From NCBI GenBank assembly GCA_016840035.1, contig JAEOTC010000068.1, positions 25,186 through 89,185 of the forward strand: a stretch of 64,000 nt of DNA. Reading direction: 5' to 3'. The DNA is from Candidatus Hodarchaeota archaeon. GTDB taxonomy: Archaea; Asgardarchaeota; Heimdallarchaeia; Hodarchaeales; Hodarchaeaceae. The notes below the pieces were generated by a model. That model ran no database searches and had not been told where the DNA came from. It saw only the letters and a list, made by a program, of their open reading frames with translations. This document shows positions 1 to 10,684 of the stretch, piece after piece; the stretch's first letter is position 1; every line of letters begins with the position of its first letter. The position numbers and the translations under genes are program-made.

Positions 1-2620
1 CCAGAACCCAAGTTCCAGATTGTAAACCACTGCCATCTGCAGTTCTAAATACCTGTGCAGCATTACCGACACTGATCTGAGTCATGGTTGTATCTGCTTC
101 TCTTACCCAGACTTGAATGTACCAATACACAGTTTGTGAACCAGACCAGCGATCCCCTCTCTCATTAAGAGTCTGGAAACCAGTTGATTGAGTAGCTCCC
201 AGCTGTTGATCAGATCGCATAAATCTATCTTCAGTTACTGTTTGAAACGTTGTAATTGGGGTACTAAACTCTACTATCGGGTTATCAGTATCATCAGAGT
301 ATCCTGATGAAGTACCTGCTGCAAAAGTATATCCAAGGTTCACCGTAACATTCATATCATTAAGATTGAAATATCCTCCACTACTATTGGCATATGTTAA
401 CGTTAGAGTAGTTGTTTTACCAATATCAATACCAATGGTATTATCTAGGGCAGCTTGATAGCCACTGACTCCTTCAGAAGGACTTGATGTATTTATCCAT
501 CGTGGATCAATTCCTGTAATATCTGTACCATTAGCATCTATTTGGATTAATCTTGGACTTCCTATATATACACCTTTAGTATTGTCAGAGAGACTGGTAG
601 TTATGTTAGTAATAATAGCATTAGCCTCTGTATCCCCAGTGAACAGACTATGTATGTCAAATGACAGAATATGCGAAGAGCTTCCCCAAACACTCACTGA
701 ATCAGAAACATATTGGAAAGAAGGTTCATTTGCAGCTGAAACATCAACATTTCTGACAATTGTATTAATCTGTCCAGCATCATCAATAGCTTCAACACGA
801 ATTGACACAGTTGTTAGTTGTGAAAAGTTGCCTCCACTGATAATTTCTTCCCAAACACCCGTTTCACCTATTGATGAATCACCAACTGTATGAGTCATAT
901 CATAAGGAGAACTCCAACTTGCAACACCAATTTTATAACTTAATCTAACTGTACCTGTTTCAGAAATGAATCTCTCTGTACTGAATGACGGATCATTATC
1001 ATCAACAACCACTCGTACGGACACATCTTGACCGGGACCAGTGGGGGAAGATATTGTAGGATTAAAACTCACACTCGGTGCATATCGATCAAGAATAGTT
1101 ATATGATAAGGAGAGCTTGCTGACCCATCATTTGTGTTGCCAGAGGGATCTGTTGCATTAATATAATAATCTATACCATCTATTGTGACATTTGTAACTG
1201 GAATCGAAAATGTCCATGTATCTTCCGATTGCGAGACAAAATTTTCAACCTGCCATTGGTCAGGGATAAGTAATCCAGTATCATTTCCTTCTCGCCAAAC
1301 AAGATTTACTTGATCAACTGTATCCTCATCTTCCACTGTGACTGATAGAGAAATAACTGGGGGTTGATCGGAATTGTATTGTAATTCAGTTACTGGAGTA
1401 TGCGCAGTAATATCAGGCATTGTAGTATCTAAGACACCTGCATCATTCGTACCAGAAATTGCCAGGTTATCGTCATCATCAATTGCTGCAAGATAGTAAG
1501 TGAGATTATTTTCAAGTGCATCAGAATTTACAAATCCAGCTGGTATGTTACCGTGCCATACGTCTCCTGCAGATTCCGCCATTGCAATTGAAGAATATTC
1601 TAAGCTTGAATCATTTAATTTGTAATAGATGAAAGCGGCTGAGACACTGGATACATCAGATCCCGAATCTGTAATCGTAGCTGATACTTGGAACGATTGA
1701 CCCACTTCTGCAAGATCATCTCCGTTTTTAGTACTTGATCCAGCAACATCACTAATAATTGGCTCGACATAATCATTATCGATAATGAAGTTAAGATTGG
1801 TAGAATGAGTGGCAGATAAACCAGCATAGTCATAAACGGTCATACGTACTGAATACTGACCATTATCTCGTCCCTCCGCAGTATCATTAACTGTATTCCA
1901 TTGCCATCTCCAAGCCGGACTCGATATTGTCTTTGTAAGGTTAAGAGTGCCAAATTCATCAAAAATTTCATATGTAACATTCTTTATTTCAGAATAATCA
2001 AATACTGATTGTGGACCGAGTTGGAAGGTCCGTCGAATCTTTCCATTCGTTCCTATTGTGGAAGGGGGAGTAATTTCGGGCCGATCTTTAGGTATATCCA
2101 TTTCTTCTTCGTTGACAACCGTTTCACGTGTGGTGTCAAGAATAGTCCCATCATCGGCTGTTACCGTCATTCTGTAAAAAATTCTATCATCATAATTCTC
2201 TACTGGTATTTGAAATCTGATGGTGAATTCTTCATCAAATGTCATTGGGTCCATAACATAAGGATTACTTATGGAAACATCTTGAAGACTTACTGCATCT
2301 GTAATCTGAGTCCAAGGGCCTGCAGATGTAGCTCCATAGTAAATTGCTAATTCTGTTAATTCAATTTCTCCAGTTCCTCCGTTTTTTAGGAAAACTGATC
2401 CTTTTCCATATCCTACTCCTTCATCCAAGGTTTTTGTGTATGAATCATCATAGACGACAAAAGCATCAATTAATTCTAAATCACTCTTCGCTTCCATTAA
2501 GGGTAGTACAACAATAAAAATTGCCGCCACAGCAGCAACTGCAAGGCCAATTAATAGAATAACAGCTATAACTGGTGAGATAGCTCGTTTCTTTCGATTA
2601 TAATAACCATCAATTATCAA
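1..2620 (-). CDS. Large surface protein with class III (archaeal type IV pilin-like) signal peptide and tandem Ig-like repeats; runs off the window start (>=873 aa)
   Basis: Hand translation: TTG at 2620 after GGAGAG, then IIDGYYNRKKRA|ISPVIAVILLIGLAVAAVAAIFIVVLP. Repeats YYLAAIDDDDN, YYINATDPSGN, LDTTMPDI, LDRYAPSV. Absent from the ORF track because there is no stop in the window. Confidence 0.85.
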   Translation of the reverse strand, partial: MIIDGYYNRKKRAISPVIAVILLIGLAVAAVAAIFIVVLPLMEAKSDLELIDAFVVYDDSYTKTLDEGVGYGKGSVFLKNGGTGEIELTELAIYYGATSAGPWTQITDAVSLQDVSISNPYVMDPMTFDEEFTIRFQIPVENYDDRIFYRMTVTADDGTILDTTRETVVNEEEMDIPKDRPEITPPSTIGTNGKIRRTFQLGPQSVFDYSEIKNVTYEIFDEFGTLNLTKTISSPAWRWQWNTVNDTAEGRDNGQYSVRMTVYDYAGLSATHSTNLNFIIDNDYVEPIISDVAGSSTKNGDDLAEVGQSFQVSATITDSGSDVSSVSAAFIYYKLNDSSLEYSSIAMAESAGDVWHGNIPAGFVNSDALENNLTYYLAAIDDDDNLAISGTNDAGVLDTTMPDITAHTPVTELQYNSDQPPVISLSVTVEDEDTVDQVNLVWREGNDTGLLIPDQWQVENFVSQSEDTWTFSIPVTNVTIDGIDYYINATDPSGNTNDGSASSPYHITILDRYAPSVSFNPTISSPTGPGQDVSVRVVVDDNDPSFSTERFISETGTVRLSYKIGVASWSSPYDMTHTVGDSSIGETGVWEEIISGGNFSQLTTVSIRVEAIDDAGQINTIVRNVDVSAANEPSFQYVSDSVSVWGSSSHILSFDIHSLFTGDTEANAIITNITTSLSDNTKGVYIGSPRLIQIDANGTDITGIDPRWINTSSPSEGVSGYQAALDNTIGIDIGKTTTLTLTYANSSGGYFNLNDMNVTVNLGYTFAAGTSSGYSDDTDNPIVEFSTPITTFQTVTEDRFMRSDQQLGATQSTGFQTLNERGDRWSGSQTVYWYIQVWVREADTTMTQISVGNAAQVFRTADGSGLQSGTWVL

Positions 2621-2902
2621 TAATGAGTCTCTCCATTAGATTAATCATAAAGTGCAAAACTATAATTTCTGCTTATTTCTTATAAGTTTCCATAAGAATA
2701 AATTTGAATTAAATAATTGATAGTTAAACGCTATAAAAGAATTTTGAAACCCATTTTTGCTGGGAGACCTCTCACGGATTAGATTTTAGTTCTAGGGCTT
2801 TTTCAATTCAAAAAGTATCACAAGTGGTGAAAAGAAAAAGCAATTTGAAATAGTTATTCCAATCTTCCTTCCCTCGTTGGTATATTTAATTAACTTCTGA
2901 GA

Positions 2903-4588
2903 ATGATCATCTTGTCTTCAAACTTTAGCAATCTTCTTGAATTATATCGTTTAGCCGCCACTGGCAATCCGAATGAACTTACTCAAGAGTTCTGGGGAGA
3001 TATTCCCTCAACATATTTAGAATTAAGGAAAAAGACGGTAATTCGTCAACAAAATTTGAAGTTTACTGAATTTCTAGATAATGTAGAGGAATTTCGTAGA
3101 ATTGCCCTTGATCATAACCGTAAACTTGGAACCTTAACATCTTCTGTCAAAGAGTCCTTAGATAATCTTGGGTCAGGGATGATTGATGTAGGCCATCAAC
3201 CATTAATCTTTGGCGGGTCCTCATTTCTTATGAATAAAGTCTCTCTAGCAGAATGGATTGGGAAATTTCTTGGACTCAGTACTCTCTTTTATATTGGTGA
3301 TCACGATTCTATCCAGAATGAATTAACTGTTACACGTTTTCCCCAAGCAAATTCTTCCTCTGGTTTACTCATTACTCCCCTATCATGGAATGTGCCTGAT
3401 AATACTCCTATGCATACTGTACCAATACCTTCGGAAAAGTGGCGAATGGATAGCAAGATAAAGATTCAAGAAAATCTGCGGTTGCTTATGAAGTATGCTA
3501 AAATATTACCTCATAATAGGATTTTAATGTTAGAACGGTTTGAATCATGGTTTGATATTATAAATGATTCTGCACTCGCTGCAGAAGATTTCTCATTTTG
3601 GAGTCAAAAAATTTGGAGTACTCTTTTAGTAGTAAGAAATAATCTACAAATCTTCTTAACCCCCTCTAGCAATGAAAGATATAGAAAATTAATCAGACCT
3701 GCATTCGAATATTTATTAACAGAGGAGAATAGAAGAAAATATATTGATACTCTAAATTTAATATATGAAAAAATCATTAAGATGAACCTTTCTCCTGGTT
3801 TACCCCTCCGAGAAAGTGATTACGTTCCTTTCTTTTTGGAATGCTTGAAATGTAAAACTAAGACAAGGGTAGAACTAAAAGTTTCCCAGGTAGGTTCGCT
3901 TGAGGGACAGTGTTCATCGTGTAATGAGAATTATTCATTTTCTTACAATTCAAATCACCCAGACCTTACTGAAATTGAAACAAATCTTACTCCGCGTTCT
4001 GATTCTCGTGCGATGGTGAATAACATCACTTTTCCAATACTTGTTCATGTAGGTGGTGGGGGAGAAACACAGTACTATTCAGCTGTAATTCCTGCCATGA
4101 GAAGACTAAATATTGAACCACCCATTCTGATCAGGTCAAATAGATTATATTATTCTACACCCTGGGGACATAAATCAGCTTCTGATTCAGATAATTTACA
4201 GCGAAGGGAGAGAATATTCGATATATTCAAATCTTATAATGAAGGAGATAACATTTCTGTAAAACAAAAGGCTTTAGAAGCAATGAGAGTTCATTTGGAA
4301 GATGAATTTCAAGAGAATAATAAGATTTTAGAAGATTCCAATCGTGAATTAAGAGAAAATCAATTTGATAAAAACTTACGAAGAAAAATACGAAATTTGG
4401 AACTTATGCTGTCTCATAATTATGGTCGTTTCACTCAAGGCAAGAATATTCAAGAAGTATCTTGGAATTGGTTAGATCTTGCAATATTAACTGGTATTCA
4501 AAATCTAAGTAACACTTTTCAACGACAAATAAGTGAAAAGTCGTATCCTGGATTTACTTGGTATGTTAACACGGGAAAATTTACTTGA
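2903..4588 (+). CDS. bshC: BshC-like protein (bacillithiol cysteine-adding enzyme family)
   Basis: VGHQPLIFGG...NK, YIGDHD and VGGGGETQYY resemble the BshC motifs TGQQ, EDHD and GGPGE.AY; C-terminal coiled coil. Confidence 0.75.
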   Translation: MIILSSNFSNLLELYRLAATGNPNELTQEFWGDIPSTYLELRKKTVIRQQNLKFTEFLDNVEEFRRIALDHNRKLGTLTSSVKESLDNLGSGMIDVGHQPLIFGGSSFLMNKVSLAEWIGKFLGLSTLFYIGDHDSIQNELTVTRFPQANSSSGLLITPLSWNVPDNTPMHTVPIPSEKWRMDSKIKIQENLRLLMKYAKILPHNRILMLERFESWFDIINDSALAAEDFSFWSQKIWSTLLVVRNNLQIFLTPSSNERYRKLIRPAFEYLLTEENRRKYIDTLNLIYEKIIKMNLSPGLPLRESDYVPFFLECLKCKTKTRVELKVSQVGSLEGQCSSCNENYSFSYNSNHPDLTEIETNLTPRSDSRAMVNNITFPILVHVGGGGETQYYSAVIPAMRRLNIEPPILIRSNRLYYSTPWGHKSASDSDNLQRRERIFDIFKSYNEGDNISVKQKALEAMRVHLEDEFQENNKILEDSNRELRENQFDKNLRRKIRNLELMLSHNYGRFTQGKNIQEVSWNWLDLAILTGIQNLSNTFQRQISEKSYPGFTWYVNTGKFT

Positions 4589-4632
4589 ACACTCTTTATC
4601 CATTAGAGATCTTATACAAAGAGGACCAATTC

Positions 4633-5889
4633 TTATACTTCTTTCTGTAAAAGCTTTCCTAGAATTTCCATCCCTTCTAAGATCATCTGCGATGAGACAA
4701 AAGAGAAGCTGATTCGCATCCCATTGGTTTTAATTCTATTACCGTGTAGTTTTGAGTCTCCTGCATTGACAGAATATCCCTTAATCGGGTAAAAAGCGGC
4801 TCCTGGAACATATAAAACATTATTTGGAATAGCTTTTTCCTCCATGAACTTTCTCGAATCGAATGATTCTTTTTCCATCTGAAACCAGAAGAAAAATCCT
4901 CCTGTTGGGGTAGAGCTAAATCCATTTGATGGAAAATGCGCATCCATCATTTTTTTCATTGAATCTCTTCGCTTTTTATAAATTTTCAAATTGTCTCCGA
5001 GTACATTGTCAATATGATACTTGTAGTATATCTCGAGCATTTTCTGAGTAAACGAAGGAGTACAAAGATCAAGATAACCTTTATCCTTAATAACCGGAGT
5101 CATGATCTCTTTTGGAAGGATAGAATAGCCAAGTCTAAGAACAGCAGCTTCTTTACTGCTTGTACGAAGATAGGCAACCCATTTATTTTCTGGATCATAT
5201 TTTTTTATCGGAGGGGGGATTTTTCCAAATTGTATTTCTCTATATGCTGCGTCTTCAATTAGAAGGATCTCATGTTCCACAGCAAGATCAAAAAGAGCTT
5301 TTCGCCGCTTCTCTGGTAAAGTTGTACCTTTCGGATTGTCAGAATCGGAAACAACATAGATTGCTTTTGGTAACCGATTTAACTCTTTTTTACACACTTT
5401 AATTGCTTTTTCTACATGTTCAGGGATTACTCCATCCATATCAGAAGGAACGGTTAGAACACTTCCCCCAAGTTTAGTAACTGGGACAACAAATCCGAGG
5501 TAAGATGGTCTTGCCATTACAATTACATCTTTAGGACGAAGAAGAGTATCAAGGAGAGCATATAACATCTGTTGAGAACCAGTTGTAATTAGAATGTCAT
5601 CAGGACCCCGAGGTATATTTATTCCATCAATTCTCTTCATTCTCTCTCCAAGAACTTCTTTCAGAGATCGTAGTCCACTTGTTGGTCCATAATTTAAAAT
5701 ATCAATACCAGTTGTGTCAAGATTATCTGCAATCTGACGTAATATTGCTTTGAACGCATCAATAGGTAAACTTCCAGGTTTACCACCACCGAAGTAATAT
5801 TTTACATTATAGAGAAGGAGTCTACGGATTTCACTTTCAGGGACGATATCTGTCCATTCAGCTAAATTCTCATAATAAGGGGGAACCAT
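4633..5889 (-). CDS. PLP-dependent class I/II aminotransferase (LysN/Aro8-like)
   Basis: YGPTSG, ITTGSQQ, NPKG, EDAAY, TSSK...LRLG, GGFF motifs. Confidence 0.9.
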   Translation of the reverse strand: MVPPYYENLAEWTDIVPESEIRRLLLYNVKYYFGGGKPGSLPIDAFKAILRQIADNLDTTGIDILNYGPTSGLRSLKEVLGERMKRIDGINIPRGPDDILITTGSQQMLYALLDTLLRPKDVIVMARPSYLGFVVPVTKLGGSVLTVPSDMDGVIPEHVEKAIKVCKKELNRLPKAIYVVSDSDNPKGTTLPEKRRKALFDLAVEHEILLIEDAAYREIQFGKIPPPIKKYDPENKWVAYLRTSSKEAAVLRLGYSILPKEIMTPVIKDKGYLDLCTPSFTQKMLEIYYKYHIDNVLGDNLKIYKKRRDSMKKMMDAHFPSNGFSSTPTGGFFFWFQMEKESFDSRKFMEEKAIPNNVLYVPGAAFYPIKGYSVNAGDSKLHGNRIKTNGMRISFSFVSSQMILEGMEILGKLLQKEV

Positions 5890-6519
5890 ATAGATGTACT
5901 TCCTATTTACAGATAAGAACGCTTATTATCCTATTTTTCCTAGACATGTATCTTGGTTCTCCAAGAATACAACACTTTTTTGAGATGTTTGACGTAGAAT
6001 TAGATAATCTAACATGGATGGAGGATCATTATTATCTAAAATTTATAACCTTATCGAACATAGGGGTCGAGTTGAGATGGGAAATTCTCCTTTTCTGTGT
6101 AATTTCAGTGAATTACATCCTAGAAGAAGATAGAAAAACTCATTCACGTTGAAGAAGAGAAGTTTAAGCAATTCTGTTAAAATTAAATCGGGAAAGATGG
6201 TATGATTTGAAAAGACGAATCAATTTGAAGCCACACAAATTTACTTTTTCTTAAAATCGCAGAATGATAACGCTCCCCTTATATGAAAATTGATGCTTTT
6301 TTACTAATCTCTCATGGTTTAGTAGAAAAACTCGTCATTAATTTAATTCGAGTATCTATTGATGATCAAACCAGCAATAAGAATTTAAAATATATTTGAG
6401 ATCGAAGTGCATTGAACTCTACTAAGTTATTTGATCAACTGAATAACAAGCAATCATGAGGAGAAATTCACTCATTGTAGGTGAGATTCTTATCCTAGAT
6501 TGGATGGTTTTTGATAATA

Positions 6520-8433
6520 ATGGAAAAAACGATAGAAAAGCTACTAAAACAAGCGATTCAACAGCAAATGGAGATTGAACCAGACATTGGTGAGCTAATT
6601 CACTATTCAATAGAAATCCCTCCTACTTTTGATTTCGGGGAACGATCCACAAATATCGCGTTCAAATTAGCTAAAATCTTAAAGAAATCTCCAATGAAAA
6701 TAGCAGAGGAATTATCAAATGAAATTAACCAAAATATAGATAATAAATCGCTTATTGTAAAAACAGAATCAGTAAAAGGATATATTAATTTCTTTATCAA
6801 TTTTAAACCCTTCTTTCGCCAATTATACACTCGAATTAAAAAAGAGGGAGAGAAGTATGGAGAGAACACTGATGGGAATGGAAAAAGAATTATTGTTGAA
6901 CATACTTCAATTAATCCTGTTAAGCCTCTTCATATCGGTAATTTAAGAAACGCACTTCTTGGTGATTGTGTTGCTAGAATATATAAGCGTAACGGATGGG
7001 AGGTTGAAGTTCAAAATCTTATTGATGATTTTGGCCGTCAAGTAGCCACCTTAATTTGGGGAATTCTCAAAGGTCATCATCTCGAAGTTGTTCGTGAAAT
7101 CGATGACAAATATGATGTTTGGTTGGGAAAAGTTTATTCTCACTGCAATAAAATTCTCGATGAAGAGGATATGTGGGATGAAGTAGACAATGTAATGATA
7201 GAAATGCGTCATAATCCTGAAATGTACAGGTTTATGAGGAACATTTGTCAAACGTGTGTAGATAGCAATTTAGAAACTGCATGGAGATTTGGAGTTACAT
7301 ATAATTATTTAGTTTGGGAGTCCGATATTTCACGTTCTGGAATATGGGAGGAAACACTTCCATTATTAGAAAAAAGCCCATTTTTTCATTGGGAAAAGGA
7401 AGGACCAGATGCAGGTTGTTTTGTTGCCAATCTTGGAGTTTTAGATGAATTCAAAGACAAAAAAAATCCCAGCAAAGTATTCGTTCGCTCAAATGGAATC
7501 CCTACATACGTGGCCCATGATGTTGCTCTCCAATTATGGAAATTTGGGTTAGCAAAGGCTAATCTTACAAGTAGGAGTCTGATGAAACAAAGAAATGAGG
7601 CTGAAGAGTTAAGAGATTTATGGACTAGTACAGATTATGTTGTTTCAGGGGAGAAGGATAAGAAATTTGGAAAAACTGACCGAGTGTGTAACGTAATAGG
7701 GGTGGAACAGAATTTTCTGCAAGAAATTGTACGTTACTCGCTGAAACTCCTCTCATTAGAAAATGAGTTTGAAAATTCATATCATCTGTCGTATAAACAT
7801 GTATCTGCTCCTCATGCACGATTTTCAGGGAGAACTGGAAATTGGCTTCAAGAAAGAGCATGGGCTGATGCTGTATTTGAAGATACATATGCTGTAGCCT
7901 TCAAAGCTATTACCAAAAAAAGGCCAGATTTAGATGAGAATCCAATTAAGAGAGAAAAGATTGTAAATAGTATTACATCCGCAGCAATACGATATTGGTT
8001 AATTAAATTCTCGAAGGAAACTGAGATAAAATTTCGTATTGAAGATGCTACATCTCTTGAAGGGGACACAGGCCCCTTTTTGATGTATTCAACCGTCCGA
8101 GCTTCAAAGATTATGTCAAAACTTCCAAAAATCAAGTCTTCTTCATATCATGGTACTTTTAAGATTACCAAAAATGAAAAGAATCTCATCTTACAGCTAT
8201 ACCGTTGTCCAGAGATAGTTCGAAGCTCTGCAGAGTCATTTCAACCGTTAATAATAGCAAAATATGCCTATGATCTTGCTTCATCTTTCAATCGATTTTA
8301 TGAAACTTCTCGAGTTATTAATGCAGAATCTACGAGCTTGAAACATTTTCGTGGCTCCCTAGTTCAAATTTTTCTCATCACCATGCAAAATTTACTCCAT
8401 ATCTTAGGAATACCAATTGTAGATGAAATGTGA
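6520..8433 (+). CDS. argS: Arginine--tRNA ligase
   Basis: VEHTSINPVKPLHIGNLRN (HIGH-type), FSGRTG, EGDTGPFLMY, DALR-type C-terminus. ATG 6520 preferred over TTG 6511. Confidence 0.95.
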   Translation: MEKTIEKLLKQAIQQQMEIEPDIGELIHYSIEIPPTFDFGERSTNIAFKLAKILKKSPMKIAEELSNEINQNIDNKSLIVKTESVKGYINFFINFKPFFRQLYTRIKKEGEKYGENTDGNGKRIIVEHTSINPVKPLHIGNLRNALLGDCVARIYKRNGWEVEVQNLIDDFGRQVATLIWGILKGHHLEVVREIDDKYDVWLGKVYSHCNKILDEEDMWDEVDNVMIEMRHNPEMYRFMRNICQTCVDSNLETAWRFGVTYNYLVWESDISRSGIWEETLPLLEKSPFFHWEKEGPDAGCFVANLGVLDEFKDKKNPSKVFVRSNGIPTYVAHDVALQLWKFGLAKANLTSRSLMKQRNEAEELRDLWTSTDYVVSGEKDKKFGKTDRVCNVIGVEQNFLQEIVRYSLKLLSLENEFENSYHLSYKHVSAPHARFSGRTGNWLQERAWADAVFEDTYAVAFKAITKKRPDLDENPIKREKIVNSITSAAIRYWLIKFSKETEIKFRIEDATSLEGDTGPFLMYSTVRASKIMSKLPKIKSSSYHGTFKITKNEKNLILQLYRCPEIVRSSAESFQPLIIAKYAYDLASSFNRFYETSRVINAESTSLKHFRGSLVQIFLITMQNLLHILGIPIVDEM

Positions 8434-9509
8434 TCTTATTAAAAGGAGAAAAGACAATGATAGAAATAAGAAAATCCTCCATTATTCTATATGGTGCAAC
8501 TCTTCTCGTTTTACTTATCATAGTGGTTTTCATTAACCCAACGAATCTTATCAATAGTTTTTTCCAAATAGGATTCTGGGGCGCTGTTCTATTAAGTCTT
8601 CTTTATGCTTTTGACTTAATTGTGCGTACATATAGATGGAAATTGCTTTTAATAGCACAAGGAGTTCATTTACCTCTGTCTTCATTAATTATGCCCGTTT
8701 GTTCAGCATTGGCAATTAATCTTTTTACAATTGCTCGTGCAGGGGAAACTGTTAGAATTGTGTCATTAAAACGGAATAATGATGTAAAATACTCCGATTC
8801 AATATCCTCCATTGTTATTGAGCAGGTTTTAAGCATAATAGGATTACTTATTGTTGTAACGGCAAGTTTATTTCTAATAAATTTCTCTTCTCAAGCAGAA
8901 GAGAGTTCCAAACTAATAAATCAGTTAATTCTTCTACTTTTCGTCGTTTCAGGAGGAGGGCTTTTACTTATTATTATAATTCTTGTGAAACCAAATTTTG
9001 TGTACAGGATACTTGATTTCTTTCCCGAATTTCTTAGAGATAAATTAACTTCAGCATTTGAGGCCTTTACTCGTGGTCTTACCGATTTACGAACTCAACC
9101 ATCCCTCCTTATCCAAGCAATTATCACTTCATCTGCAATTTGGGCAATCGAAGGTGTGATGCTTTACATTATTGCTTTATCAGTTTTTCCAACCTTTAAT
9201 CTGATTGATCTTCCTTGGGTAATTGCCGCATCATGTGTTGGTAACATAACTTTCATAATTCCTATTCTTCCAGGAGCTATGGGGGAATATGAGGTTGTAA
9301 TTGGCTTAGTCCTGATAAATTCACCTCATTTTGTTGGAATTAACGTAACTGATGCTGCTGCTCCAGCGTTTATAGATCGTATTGTAAAATCACTATTCCT
9401 TGGAATAGTAGGAGGATATGCAACTTTACAGCTTGGTGGTACAGAGCTCTTAAAATATAGAAAAAAATATACAGAACTCGAAAGATATAAGGAAATAGAA
9501 CAGACCTAG
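8430..9509 (+). CDS. Flippase-like / lysylphosphatidylglycerol synthase TM-domain protein (UPF0104)
   Basis: RTYRW, ARAGETVR, PGAMGEYE motifs; multiple TM helices. Confidence 0.85.
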   Translation: MILLKGEKTMIEIRKSSIILYGATLLVLLIIVVFINPTNLINSFFQIGFWGAVLLSLLYAFDLIVRTYRWKLLLIAQGVHLPLSSLIMPVCSALAINLFTIARAGETVRIVSLKRNNDVKYSDSISSIVIEQVLSIIGLLIVVTASLFLINFSSQAEESSKLINQLILLLFVVSGGGLLLIIIILVKPNFVYRILDFFPEFLRDKLTSAFEAFTRGLTDLRTQPSLLIQAIITSSAIWAIEGVMLYIIALSVFPTFNLIDLPWVIAASCVGNITFIIPILPGAMGEYEVVIGLVLINSPHFVGINVTDAAAPAFIDRIVKSLFLGIVGGYATLQLGGTELLKYRKKYTELERYKEIEQT

Positions 9510-9617
9510 ATAATACAAAATTCAGAATTCAAAATATTGACTAACCATGATTTATTTGAAGAAATTCAATTTGATATACTGGATGAATAAACACTGAGCC
9601 CAATTCAAGAAATAAAT

Positions 9618-10682
9618 GTGTCAAGAAGAGTTGCTTTTGGAGTAAATGCAATTGAAAGATTAGCGACAATTTTTGAGGATTTAGGTATAAATAAATTACA
9701 TATATTCAGTGGATGTACTAAAACAAAGGAAATTACCGAGAAATTAGTGATACCACAGATTTCTGAGGGTATTGAATTTGATTTTACACCTTTACCACAT
9801 AACGCTGACCTATCTTATTTAAAAAAAATTGCGAATAGAATCGACCCTTTACAGACTTATCTCATTGCAGTTGGAGGAGGCACAGTAATAGACTTCGTTA
9901 AACTACTTGCTAACATGTCAAATACAGAATACATTGCTGTTCCTACAAACGCAAGCCATGATGGCTTCTCTAGCCCTTATATTAACTTTTTATTAAGAAC
10001 TCAAGTTGATCAATTCTTCAAAAAAGAACTTTCACAAATATACAAACCCATTTCACCATTAGCAATAGTAGGAGACACTACAATGATTAGTAAAGCTCCT
10101 AGAGATTCTTTAAAGGCCGGTGTTGGAGATATATTATCTAAATGGGTTGCAGTTGAGGATTGGAAGCTAGCGAACAGGTTAAAAGGCGAAGATTACGATA
10201 TCTATGCCGCATCATTTTCAGAAATGACTGCTACCATGGTAGAGGAACGAATAAATGCGTTGGGGAAGAATTTTTTTGGCGAAAAGGGTGTTAGAGCATT
10301 AATTAAAGCTCTAGGAAGTAGTGGAGTTGCGATGTGTATTGCAGGATCCTCCCGTCCCGCAAGCGGATCAGAGCACCTCGTAAGTCACGCATTGGATATG
10401 CTATCTTCTGAGTACGATTTCCATGTATTACATGGTCATCAAACTGGGATCAGCTCGATTTTGATGATGTATTTACACGGAGGAGATTGGAAACGCATTC
10501 AAGAATCACTAAAGAAAGTTTCTGCTCCCTTAACATTACGTGAATTAGGGATAGATAGGGATATAATGTTATTAGCGTTACAAAAAGCGCAAAACATACG
10601 TCCTGAAAGATATACGGTTCTCTCGGAAGGCTTAACAAAATCTGCTGCTGAAAATGCCATCGAGATGACCGGAATTGATTAA
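9618..10682 (+). CDS. egsA: sn-glycerol-1-phosphate dehydrogenase
   Basis: GGGTVID, PTNASHDG, DW.LA, SSRPASGSEHLVSH, HG, RPERYT. Confidence 0.9.
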   Translation: MSRRVAFGVNAIERLATIFEDLGINKLHIFSGCTKTKEITEKLVIPQISEGIEFDFTPLPHNADLSYLKKIANRIDPLQTYLIAVGGGTVIDFVKLLANMSNTEYIAVPTNASHDGFSSPYINFLLRTQVDQFFKKELSQIYKPISPLAIVGDTTMISKAPRDSLKAGVGDILSKWVAVEDWKLANRLKGEDYDIYAASFSEMTATMVEERINALGKNFFGEKGVRALIKALGSSGVAMCIAGSSRPASGSEHLVSHALDMLSSEYDFHVLHGHQTGISSILMMYLHGGDWKRIQESLKKVSAPLTLRELGIDRDIMLLALQKAQNIRPERYTVLSEGLTKSAAENAIEMTGID

Positions 10683-10684
10683 AT

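Noticed and set aside
582-2350. ORFs 582..893, 1615..1833 and 2009..2350
   Set aside because: Shadow frames of the large minus-strand pilin-like gene. The same applies to the many short ORFs nested in other genes.
5946-6152. 68-aa ORF in the aminotransferase-argS intergenic region
   Set aside because: No motif or SD; probably promoter DNA
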